DNA from: Prevotella sp.
Lineage (GTDB): Bacteria; Bacteroidota; Bacteroidia; Bacteroidales; Bacteroidaceae
Direction: 5' to 3'
NCBI GenBank assembly: GCA_024692385.1
Contig: JAILMS010000102.1
Coordinates: forward strand, 1 to 51,370
DNA: 51,370 nt
Below are positions 23,301 to 31,821 of this stretch, one piece after another (within the stretch, counting starts at the first letter, position 1; every line of letters begins with the position of its first letter). Position numbers and translations under genes: made by a program. A model generated the notes under the pieces. The model was given only the letters and a program-made list of their open reading frames with translations, was not told the origin of the DNA and ran no database searches.

Positions 23301-23518
23301 TAACTGATAGTAATAGGTGTACCCGTACTTACTTTAATGGTGAACTGACCATCCATGTCGGTGATGGTTCCGTTCTGGGGTTTACCTTTTTCGACGACGG
23401 AAGCACCGATCACGGGCTCCCCCTGGTCGTCTGTCACAGTACCCGAGATACTCTGGGCGTAGGATGCCATAGACACGAAGAGTGTCAACAACATCATCAC
23501 AAACCTGCTTTGTTTCAT
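20333..23518 (-). CDS. susC: SusC/RagA TonB-dependent transporter
   Basis: [70 protein letters not shown]. Confidence 0.97.
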   Translation of the reverse strand: [1061 protein letters not shown]

Positions 23519-23581
23519 ACTTAGTTTTAATTAGTGTTAGTATTTTGGTTAGAGAATTTACCCATAATTGGATTTCTTGTG

Positions 23582-23589
23582 CAAAATTA
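23582..23589 (-). promoter_or_regulatory. -7 box for the susC operon
   Basis: Minus strand TAATTTTGCA about 64 nt upstream of susC. Confidence 0.7.
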
Positions 23590-23754
23590 TTAAAAAAACG
23601 TTTCACTTTCTGGCAGTGGGTGGAGAAAGTGGACGGATACAGGTTCTGCAAAAATATAAAACCCTCTACCACAACTATTTACATTTTACACCGTTTACAA
23701 GAAAAGTGGATAAAATATAGAGGTGTAAAACAAACAACAAAGGCCAAAAACAAG

Positions 23755-23782
23755 AAAAAAGGAGCACTTTCGGCTCCTTCTT
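23755..23782 (-). terminator. Intrinsic terminator after the phosphatase gene
   Basis: Minus strand aaggagcc-gaaa-gtgctcctttttt. Confidence 0.7.
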
Positions 23783-23820
23783 CCCAATATTTTTAAGTAT
23801 TATCGCTCAATCAGCAGTAT

Positions 23821-25101
23821 TTAGAATTTAGCCAACTTGTCGGTCCAGTATTTACGCAGGTCGGTCCACTTATAATAATAAGGTGTGCCTGTGGGCTCTA
23901 CGGGCAGCGTTACCTCTCGCTCGTTGAGCAGTGCCTTAACGAGGATGTCGCCCTTGCCGCTGGTGGGCTTATAGAAGATGAGCTGGATATTGCAGCCCAT
24001 GGGGAATATCTTGTAGTTCTGCCAGTAGCGGTCCAACTGGTTGAGGTCGTTGATGCTGGCATTACAGGTGCCCAGTTCCATGATACAAGCCAGAGGCATG
24101 ACACACACCTCATGACCAAAACGCATGGTAGCTTGGGGCTTGCCGAGGGCAACGCAGGTGTCGGCCGTCTCGATAAAGTTCTTTAGCAGGTTATACTGGC
24201 TATAGGGCTGGGTGTTGCCCGACTGTGGGGCATTAGCATAGCGCACATACCAGCTGGCATTGGCAATGGTCCACTGGTCGTAGAGTTCATCGTTGGTGAA
24301 GAGGTGCAGCATATCGATGCCATCGTCGTGGCTCTGCATATTGATGACAACCTCAAAGAGATGGCGCATCAGGGCACCTTGTCGGATGCTGTCGGCTGCC
24401 CACTGCTGATCGTTGAAGAGCAACTTCATGAGGCGCTCGGGGTGTGTCTTGTTCTCACTGAACTCTCCCAAGGCTCGTCTGTCGATATTGTTGTGAGCCT
24501 CTTTAACCCTACCCTCTCGAGGCTGGTTGAGGTAATACTGCAGGCTCTCACTGACATCATTATGGATGCGGGCAGTGGGATTGGCAGCCATCAGCTCCTC
24601 ACACTCTGCCACCATCGACAGGATACAGCGATTAACCACCGTACTGCGGGCATCGATAGCCACTCCCTGGCTCTTGAAGATTTCGGGGAAGTGCTCAGCG
24701 ATACGCTTGCCGATGCCATGATGCTGACGCTCACCAACGGTGGTCAGGTCGCCAAGGCGAAGGGCGGTAGTCTTATTAAACTGCTCCAGCTGTGACAGCG
24801 TCTGCTGTCCTACGGCGGTCAGTTTTCCCTGCTGGTCGGCCTTGCGCAAGGGGCGAAGCACACGCTCATAGATATCGTCGCCAATGAGCCAGCGCGAACC
24901 GTGACGACCATAGTGCGAGAAATAGAAGGGCACATAGTCCATGGGGGCTGGCGTATACTTGAAGTCAGGGAGCTGACGATCGTAATCTACATAGTTGGAA
25001 CCTGCCAACCAAGGGTTGGCCTTGATATCGTCACGAGCGGTCTGTGCCGTCATCGTGAGGACGACAGCCGCTAAGAAGAGTATGGTGAGTAGTTTCTTCA
25101 T
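23821..25101 (-). CDS. Exported histidine acid phosphatase (clade 2, phytase/MINPP-like)
   Basis: RHGSR catalytic motif, LTTVGERQH, RFGHE; signal peptide. Confidence 0.88.
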   Translation of the reverse strand: MKKLLTILFLAAVVLTMTAQTARDDIKANPWLAGSNYVDYDRQLPDFKYTPAPMDYVPFYFSHYGRHGSRWLIGDDIYERVLRPLRKADQQGKLTAVGQQTLSQLEQFNKTTALRLGDLTTVGERQHHGIGKRIAEHFPEIFKSQGVAIDARSTVVNRCILSMVAECEELMAANPTARIHNDVSESLQYYLNQPREGRVKEAHNNIDRRALGEFSENKTHPERLMKLLFNDQQWAADSIRQGALMRHLFEVVINMQSHDDGIDMLHLFTNDELYDQWTIANASWYVRYANAPQSGNTQPYSQYNLLKNFIETADTCVALGKPQATMRFGHEVCVMPLACIMELGTCNASINDLNQLDRYWQNYKIFPMGCNIQLIFYKPTSGKGDILVKALLNEREVTLPVEPTGTPYYYKWTDLRKYWTDKLAKF

Positions 25102-26195
25102 CTGCGTAGTGCAATATTATAGTTGTAGTATTGTTTGTTGCCTGTAATATCCTGCAGGACCTTGATGAATGGCGGGAAGTTGACGCTCTCCTGCTCAGCA
25201 ACGCCCTTGGTCTGCAAAACCATGAGGTTGTCAACGGGCTCATGGAAGAAGTCTATCTCGAAATACTGGCCCTTCCAGATAAAGGAGCGACGCGTCTTGC
25301 GGATGGTAGAACGGTAGGGGTCGGCCTGCTGCAAGAGCGACTCGTAGAGGGCATTGCTCACCTGGCGCTCCGTCTCCAGATATTCTGTGCGCGACACACG
25401 TTTCTTGGTTTTGTGGACATTGACCACCTCACCACCCCAACAGCGACGGCGCAGGCGTACCTCTACACCGGGATCGGCCACCAGATAGGTCTGCGTAATC
25501 TCACTCTCGATGCACTCAGGTAGCTCGCCCGTGAGTTCAACGAGATAGACACGCTCTTCCTCGATAGGCTGTGGAATGCCCAGCACGTTGGAGATCTCCA
25601 TGATAACGCGGTTCAGCTTGGTATCGAAGTCGTCGTGGTTGTTGATGACGCGCAGATGGGGATGCCCCGTCCATGACTTATTGACCTTCTTATCCAGATC
25701 ACGAGCCAGCCGCAGTCCTTCTTCGTTGGCCTGCTCATAGCGGGTGGAGTTGGTGGCAGTGGTATAGTATTGCTCAGCACCATCAGCAGCCGACACAAGG
25801 TGCAAGACGGCATCATAGCGGTCCTTCAGTTCGTTGGGCGTGGTGCCACATTTCTGACACAGCTCTATCCACATCTCTGGGGCGATATATGCCGAGATAT
25901 CGAGAGTTCCACGGTCGCAAACCACAAAGGTGGGCTTGGTGCACGTCTCTGCCAGGCGCATAAAGCTGTCTTCCAAAGCCAGCTGCGTCTGCAGAATGGC
26001 CAACTCGCCCTCGTAGTAGAGGTTGCGGTTAGACGTCAGGTAGCTCCATCCGCCCTGACTAAACATCGTAGGAACTTCGGGCACGGTGAACACCTTGAAA
26101 CCCAAGTTAGAGAAATGCTCAATGATGCGTACCAGAGCCGTCGTCTTACCGGCACAGGGACCACCTGTCAATACGATTCGCTTAACGTTACTCAT
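25098..26195 (-). CDS. P-loop NTPase (AAA_28/NadR-kinase-like) fused to a CYTH-like domain; TTD14-like
   Basis: LTGGPCAGKTT, CDRGTLD, HPHLRVINN; then EEERVYLV...EITQTYL...VRLRRR...IRKTRRSF...FEIDFF. Start set at ATG 26195. Confidence 0.82.
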   Translation of the reverse strand: MSNVKRIVLTGGPCAGKTTALVRIIEHFSNLGFKVFTVPEVPTMFSQGGWSYLTSNRNLYYEGELAILQTQLALEDSFMRLAETCTKPTFVVCDRGTLDISAYIAPEMWIELCQKCGTTPNELKDRYDAVLHLVSAADGAEQYYTTATNSTRYEQANEEGLRLARDLDKKVNKSWTGHPHLRVINNHDDFDTKLNRVIMEISNVLGIPQPIEEERVYLVELTGELPECIESEITQTYLVADPGVEVRLRRRCWGGEVVNVHKTKKRVSRTEYLETERQVSNALYESLLQQADPYRSTIRKTRRSFIWKGQYFEIDFFHEPVDNLMVLQTKGVAEQESVNFPPFIKVLQDITGNKQYYNYNIALRR

Positions 26196-26218
26196 TGTAT
26201 TTGTAGTGTATTTGCATG

Positions 26219-26226
26219 CAAAGATA
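26219..26226 (-). promoter_or_regulatory. -7 box for the P-loop/CYTH-phosphatase operon
   Basis: Minus strand TATCTTTGCA. Confidence 0.7.
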
Positions 26227-26231
26227 CAAAA

Positions 26232-26263
26232 AATTCTCAATTCTCAATTCTCAATTCTCAATT
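26232..26263. repeat. (AATTCTC)4 perfect heptamer tract between divergent promoters
   Basis: aattctc x4 plus aatt. Confidence 0.92.
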
Positions 26264-26270
26264 ATTTTAG

Positions 26271-26278
26271 TACCTTTG
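26271..26278 (+). promoter_or_regulatory. -7 box for prolyl oligopeptidase
   Basis: TACCTTTGCA 22 nt upstream of the ATG. Confidence 0.7.
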
Positions 26279-26300
26279 CAGCAGAATAAACTATAACCAT

Positions 26301-28409
26301 ATGAAAAAGATTCTGATTAGCATGATGGCAACCATGGCCACGACACTCATGACAGCACAGAGTTTGCAGTATCCGAAAGCCGCTAAAGACGGCACAGTAG
26401 ACGACTATTTCGGCACGAAAGTCAGCGACCCTTATCGCTGGCTGGAGAACGACACCTCAGCACAGACAGCAGCCTGGGTGGAGGCAGAGAATAAGGTGAC
26501 AAACAGCTTCCTGAAGAAGATTCCCTTCCGCGACAAGATGCTGAAGCGACTCACGGAGCTGTCGAACTACGAGAAGATTGGTGCACCACGCAAGCGTCAC
26601 GGCAAGTGGTACTTCTATAAGAACGACGGTCTGCAGAACCAGTATGTGATGTACGTCATGGACAAACTGGGCGGAGAACCTCGCGTATTCCTGGACCCCA
26701 ACAAGCTGAGCACCGACGGTACGGTAGCACTGAAGGGCGTCTATTTCTCAAACAACGGCAAGTGGGCAGCCTACAGCATCTCGCGTTCAGGTTCCGACTG
26801 GCAGGAGTTCTACGTCATTGACCTGAAGACTGGCCAGCTGACCAGCGACCACATTGAGTGGGCCAAGTTCTCGGGTGCTTCATGGAGGGGCGACGGCTTC
26901 TACTACAGCGCCTACGACCGTCCTACAGAGGGCAAAGAGTTCTCAAACGTGAATGCAGGCCACAAGATCTACTACCACAAGATTGGCACCCCACAGTCAC
27001 AGGACTTGCTATTCTACGAGAATCCCACGCAGCCTAAGCGTTTCTATGATGTCAGCATCAACGAGGAAGAGACGGTGATGTATCTCTACGAGGCTGGTGC
27101 CGGCGCCGGCAACAACCTGTATGTAAGAGACTTGCGTCAGGGTGACTCGCAGTTTATCCAGATGACCGACAACATGGACTACCAGTATATGCCCATCTAC
27201 GACGAGGGCGGAAAGCTGTTTATCTATACCAACTACAACGCTCCCAAGGGACGCGTCATGACGGCTTATCTGCGTCGTCCGGGCATCAGCGACTGGGAGG
27301 AGTTTATCCCCGAACAGCAGAACATGCTGAATGGCGTAGACATCATCAACCGCCAGTTTATCCTGAACTATTCGCAGGATGCCTGCGACCACGCTTTCGT
27401 CTATGGACTTGACGGCAAGATGCGCCACGAGGTAAAGCTGCCGATGGTGGGTAGCGTAGGATTTACGGGCGATAAGAAGGGCGAGGAGTGCTTCTATACC
27501 TTTACATCGTTCACTATGCCTGGCGCCATCTATCGCTACGACATGGCAAAGAACGAGAGCACACTTTACGCTCAGCCCAGCGTCAAGTTCCGCCAGCAGG
27601 ACTATGAAAGCAAGCAGCTCTTCTTCCAGAGCAAGGACGGCACGCGCGTACCAATGTTCATCACCTATAAGAAAGGACTGAAGCGCAACGGCAAGAATCC
27701 GGTCTATCTGTATGGCTACGGCGGTTTCAACATTGCCTTAGGTCCGAGCTTCTCAGCCAGCCGCATCCCCTTCCTGGAGCAGGGCGGCATCTATGCACAG
27801 GTCAACCTGCGCGGTGGTAGCGAATATGGTGAGGAGTGGCACCTGGCAGGTACGAAGATGCAGAAGCAGAATGTCTTTGACGACTTCATCTCGGCTGCCG
27901 AATACCTCATCAGCGAGGGATATACATCAAAGGAGAAACTGGCCATCGTCGGTGGTTCTAATGGCGGCCTGCTCGTCGGTGCCTGCATGACACAGCGTCC
28001 CGACCTGTTCCGTGTAGCCATCCCACAGGTAGGTGTGATGGATATGCTGCGCTACCATAAGTTCACCATCGGTTGGAACTGGGCCTCAGACTACGGTACG
28101 AGCGAGGACTCGAAGGAGATGTTTGAATACCTCCGCGGCTACTCACCGCTGCACAACCTGAAGAAGGGCACCTCCTACCCTGCTACCCTCGTCACCACTG
28201 CCGACCACGACGACCGCGTGGTTCCTGCCCACTCGTTTAAGTTTGCAGCCACCCTGCAGGAGTGTCACGAAGGCAGCAATCCCGTACTGATCCGCATCGA
28301 CACCAAGGCTGGTCATGGTGGTGGCAAACCCCTCGCCAAGGTGCTGGAGGAACAGGCAGATATCTATAGCTTCATCCTCTATAACATGGGTGTGAAGTAC
28401 AAGAAGTAA
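26301..28409 (+). CDS. Prolyl oligopeptidase (S9A)
   Basis: DPYRWLE, YGYGGF, GGSNGG (Ser), DHDDRV (Asp), AGHGG (His); signal peptide. Confidence 0.96.
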   Translation: MKKILISMMATMATTLMTAQSLQYPKAAKDGTVDDYFGTKVSDPYRWLENDTSAQTAAWVEAENKVTNSFLKKIPFRDKMLKRLTELSNYEKIGAPRKRHGKWYFYKNDGLQNQYVMYVMDKLGGEPRVFLDPNKLSTDGTVALKGVYFSNNGKWAAYSISRSGSDWQEFYVIDLKTGQLTSDHIEWAKFSGASWRGDGFYYSAYDRPTEGKEFSNVNAGHKIYYHKIGTPQSQDLLFYENPTQPKRFYDVSINEEETVMYLYEAGAGAGNNLYVRDLRQGDSQFIQMTDNMDYQYMPIYDEGGKLFIYTNYNAPKGRVMTAYLRRPGISDWEEFIPEQQNMLNGVDIINRQFILNYSQDACDHAFVYGLDGKMRHEVKLPMVGSVGFTGDKKGEECFYTFTSFTMPGAIYRYDMAKNESTLYAQPSVKFRQQDYESKQLFFQSKDGTRVPMFITYKKGLKRNGKNPVYLYGYGGFNIALGPSFSASRIPFLEQGGIYAQVNLRGGSEYGEEWHLAGTKMQKQNVFDDFISAAEYLISEGYTSKEKLAIVGGSNGGLLVGACMTQRPDLFRVAIPQVGVMDMLRYHKFTIGWNWASDYGTSEDSKEMFEYLRGYSPLHNLKKGTSYPATLVTTADHDDRVVPAHSFKFAATLQECHEGSNPVLIRIDTKAGHGGGKPLAKVLEEQADIYSFILYNMGVKYKK

Positions 28410-28410
28410 G

Positions 28411-29628
28411 CTACATGCGTTTCATCAATCGGGTAATGGCACGGTTGAGTGATTCGGTAGGTTCGATGATATTGTAATCCTGCCAGAAGACGGGGTCGAG
28501 GAAGTAATCCACCTTGTCATAGAAGGCATCACGCTGGTCGAAGGTATCACGGCCTCGGATGGGGCGCTCGGTAGTAGATTCCTGACCAGTGACAACCATC
28601 TCGCAACAAGCGGTAAAGGCGGTGGCAAAGAGTCGGCGTCGCCAGTCGCAATTGAAGCGGAACAGGGTGCGGATATAGCTAATGCGCGTAATGCCATCCT
28701 CCAAACGGTAATCTATCAGCAGCGACAACTCCTTGGGGCGGAAGCGTACACCAAGGGGTTTCTTGACTAACATCATATCCGTGGCCTTGTTACGGTCACT
28801 CATATCCAACGACAGCTCAGCACGGGTGAATGCCAGCGTCTCCTGATCAATATACAGACGCCCATGGTAAAGGGCATAAGGCATTCTGCGACGAGGACGG
28901 ATGCTGACGACAAACTGCTGGCGGTCGCCAATAGTCGTTGGCACATCCATCTCCATCTCATAACAGTCCAGCTCTTCCTCGTTCAGCAGCCAGTCACGCT
29001 GTTTTACCATATCCAGCTGGAGAGGAAGCACAGGACCTCCCGTTACTTTGACACTCAGCGTATCCCCCTTGCGAGGACTGAGCAGACGACGGCCCTTGCG
29101 GATAGCCACGCGGTCGTCATTATTCTGATAGTCGTAGGCTGTCTTATACATATCCACTACGCCCTCAGCAACCATGATGTAATGGCTGCGCTTCTGGGCG
29201 GTCTCACGATAGAAGCAATGGAACAATTCAGGCTGCTGGCTATAGTTCTTAGGGATCTTACTAATAGCGGAAGCCACCAGTTTACGGGCATTGCCATTCA
29301 TGACCAGCACCTCCTGAAGCTGGATGGTAGCAGGGCTCAGACCAACACGTAATGGACTATCCTGTTGCCCCGTCAGCCTGACACGCTGCGCACGAAAGCC
29401 TATATGCGACACGCTAATCGACTTGAGTTCAGCATCAGCCTTCAGTACGAAATAACCGTCACCATTCGTTACAACAGTATGTCCGCCACCCGTCACACTG
29501 GCGCCTACCAACACATGACCTGTAGCCTGATTATATACCGTACCACTAATCTGCGTAGGTTGCTGGGCACAAACAGTTGTTATGCCTAGCAACACTAACA
29601 GAATAATTATTAAAGTCCTCCTTTCCAT
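28411..29628 (-). CDS. Exported protein with carboxypeptidase-regulatory-like N-terminal domain
   Basis: Signal peptide; TNGDGYFVL, SHIGF, LQEV; FYRE; FWQDYNIIEP C-terminus typical of this Bacteroidota family. Confidence 0.75.
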   Translation of the reverse strand: MERRTLIIILLVLLGITTVCAQQPTQISGTVYNQATGHVLVGASVTGGGHTVVTNGDGYFVLKADAELKSISVSHIGFRAQRVRLTGQQDSPLRVGLSPATIQLQEVLVMNGNARKLVASAISKIPKNYSQQPELFHCFYRETAQKRSHYIMVAEGVVDMYKTAYDYQNNDDRVAIRKGRRLLSPRKGDTLSVKVTGGPVLPLQLDMVKQRDWLLNEEELDCYEMEMDVPTTIGDRQQFVVSIRPRRRMPYALYHGRLYIDQETLAFTRAELSLDMSDRNKATDMMLVKKPLGVRFRPKELSLLIDYRLEDGITRISYIRTLFRFNCDWRRRLFATAFTACCEMVVTGQESTTERPIRGRDTFDQRDAFYDKVDYFLDPVFWQDYNIIEPTESLNRAITRLMKRM

Positions 29629-29634
29629 ACATCG

Positions 29635-31800
29635 TTACTCTTTATCAAGCAAGATCTTCATCATCTCGATAGCAGAGTAAGGAATCGGAGTACCTGGGCC
29701 GAAGATGCAAGCCACACCTGCCTTATAGAGGAAATCGTAGTCCTGAGCAGGAATAACACCACCTGCCGTGACCATGATATCCTCACGACCCAGCTTCTTC
29801 AGTTCCTCAATGAGTTGGGGAATCAGCGTCTTATGACCAGCAGCCAGCGATGATGCACCAACAATGTGCACATCGTTCTCAACAGCCATACGAGCAGCCT
29901 CTTCAGGAGTCTGGAACAAGGGACCCATATCCACGTCGAAGCCACAATCAGCATAACCTGTTGCCACTACTTTAGCACCACGGTCGTGACCATCCTGTCC
30001 CATCTTAGCAACGAAGATACGCGGACGACGACCTTCCTTCTCTGCAAACTCGTCGGTAAGCTTCTTAGCCTCCTCAAAGTCTTTGTCATTCTTTGATTCT
30101 GAACTATACACGCCTGAAATTGTTCTGATTACTGCTTTATAACGGCCTACGATTTCTTCGCAGGCATCTGAAATCTCACCTAAGGTACAACGCAACTGTG
30201 CTGCCTTCACAGCCAAGTCGAGCAGGTTGTTCTCGCTCTTCTTGCCCTCCTTGAAGTCACGCACGCAATCGGTAATAGCCTTCAGGGCAGCCTGACAAGC
30301 AGCCTCATCACGCCCAGCACGAACTTCCTTCAAGCTCTCCTCCTGCTGCTTGCGCACAGCGGTATTATCTACCTCAAGGATGTCGATAGGATCTTCGTGC
30401 TCAAGGCGGTACTTGTTGGTACCCACGATAGTCTGTACACCTGAGTCGATACGAGCCTGTGTACGGGCTGCAGCCTCCTCGATACGCATCTTGGGCAGAC
30501 CGGTTTCGATAGCCTTAGCCATACCGCCCAGCTTCTCAATCTCCTGAATGTGCTCCCAAGCCTTATGTACCAACTCATTGGTCAGCGTCTCCACATAGTA
30601 AGAGCCTGCCCATGGGTCAATCTGCTTGCACACCTTCGTCTCGTTCTGGATATATATCTGGGTGTTACGAGCGATACGCGCTGAGAAGTCGGTAGGCAGA
30701 GCGATAGCCTCATCAAGGGCGTTGGTATGCAGCGACTGAGTATGACCCAGCACGGCAGCCATCGCCTCGATACAGGTACGACCTACGTTATTGAAGGGGT
30801 CCTGCTCGGTGAGCGACCAACCCGAAGTCTGCGAGTGAGTGCGCAGAGCCAGCGACTTAGGATTCTTAGCGCCGAAGCTCTTCACAATCTTAGCCCACAG
30901 CAATCGGCCAGCACGCATCTTGGCAATCTCCATAAAATGGTTCATACCGATAGCCCAGAAGAAACTCAGACGAGGTGCGAAAGCATCGACATCGATACCG
31001 GCATTAACGCCCGTACGCAGATAGTCCATACCGTCAGCCAAAGTGTAAGCCAACTCGATATCAGCAGTAGCACCAGCCTCCTGCATGTGATAGCCGGAGA
31101 TAGAGATGGAGTTGAACTTCGGCATCTTCTGCGAGGTGAACTCGAAGATATCTGCAATGATCTTCATCGAGAATGCAGGGGGATAGATATAGGTGTTACG
31201 CACCATGAACTCCTTCAGGATATCGTTCTGAATCGTTCCTGCCATCTCCTCAAGCTGAGCACCCTGCTCCAGACCTGCCACGATATAGAAGGCGAGGATA
31301 GGCAGTACGGCACCGTTCATGGTCATAGAGACCGACATCTTGTTCAAGGGGATACCAGAGAACAGCACCTTCATGTTCTCCTCATTACAGATAGACACGC
31401 CAGCCTTACCTACATCGCCTACCACACGACCATTATCCGGGTCGTAACCACGGTGTGTGGGCAGGTCGAAAGCCACAGAGAGTCCTTTCTGTCCTGAAGC
31501 CAGATTACGGCGATAGAAAGCGTTTGACTCCTCAGCAGTAGAGAAGCCGGCATACTGACGGATCGTCCACGGACGGAAAGGATACATCATCGAATACGGG
31601 CCACGCAGATAGGGAGGAATACCAGCTGTGAAGTCGAGGTGTTCCATATCCTCCAGGTCCTCTTTCGTATAGACAGGACGTACCTCGATATGCTCGGGGG
31701 TCTTCCAGTTCTCTACAATACCATTCTCTTTAACCCACTTGGCACCATCTTGAGCCTTGATGCCTGCATAGATATCAATATCTTTAAATTGTTTACGCAT
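29635..31800 (-). CDS. mutB: Methylmalonyl-CoA mutase, catalytic large subunit
   Basis: [29 protein letters not shown]12-binding [15 protein letters not shown]. Confidence 0.97.
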   Translation of the reverse strand: MRKQFKDIDIYAGIKAQDGAKWVKENGIVENWKTPEHIEVRPVYTKEDLEDMEHLDFTAGIPPYLRGPYSMMYPFRPWTIRQYAGFSTAEESNAFYRRNLASGQKGLSVAFDLPTHRGYDPDNGRVVGDVGKAGVSICNEENMKVLFSGIPLNKMSVSMTMNGAVLPILAFYIVAGLEQGAQLEEMAGTIQNDILKEFMVRNTYIYPPAFSMKIIADIFEFTSQKMPKFNSISISGYHMQEAGATADIELAYTLADGMDYLRTGVNAGIDVDAFAPRLSFFWAIGMNHFMEIAKMRAGRLLWAKIVKSFGAKNPKSLALRTHSQTSGWSLTEQDPFNNVGRTCIEAMAAVLGHTQSLHTNALDEAIALPTDFSARIARNTQIYIQNETKVCKQIDPWAGSYYVETLTNELVHKAWEHIQEIEKLGGMAKAIETGLPKMRIEEAAARTQARIDSGVQTIVGTNKYRLEHEDPIDILEVDNTAVRKQQEESLKEVRAGRDEAACQAALKAITDCVRDFKEGKKSENNLLDLAVKAAQLRCTLGEISDACEEIVGRYKAVIRTISGVYSSESKNDKDFEEAKKLTDEFAEKEGRRPRIFVAKMGQDGHDRGAKVVATGYADCGFDVDMGPLFQTPEEAARMAVENDVHIVGASSLAAGHKTLIPQLIEELKKLGREDIMVTAGGVIPAQDYDFLYKAGVACIFGPGTPIPYSAIEMMKILLDKE

Positions 31801-31821
31801 AATTCAAGTCCTCCTTTATGA

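Noticed and set aside
23684-23730. Invertible promoter segment between 9-bp inverted repeats
   Set aside because: No TAnnTTTG box lies between the repeats and no recombinase is nearby; kept only as a possible operator.
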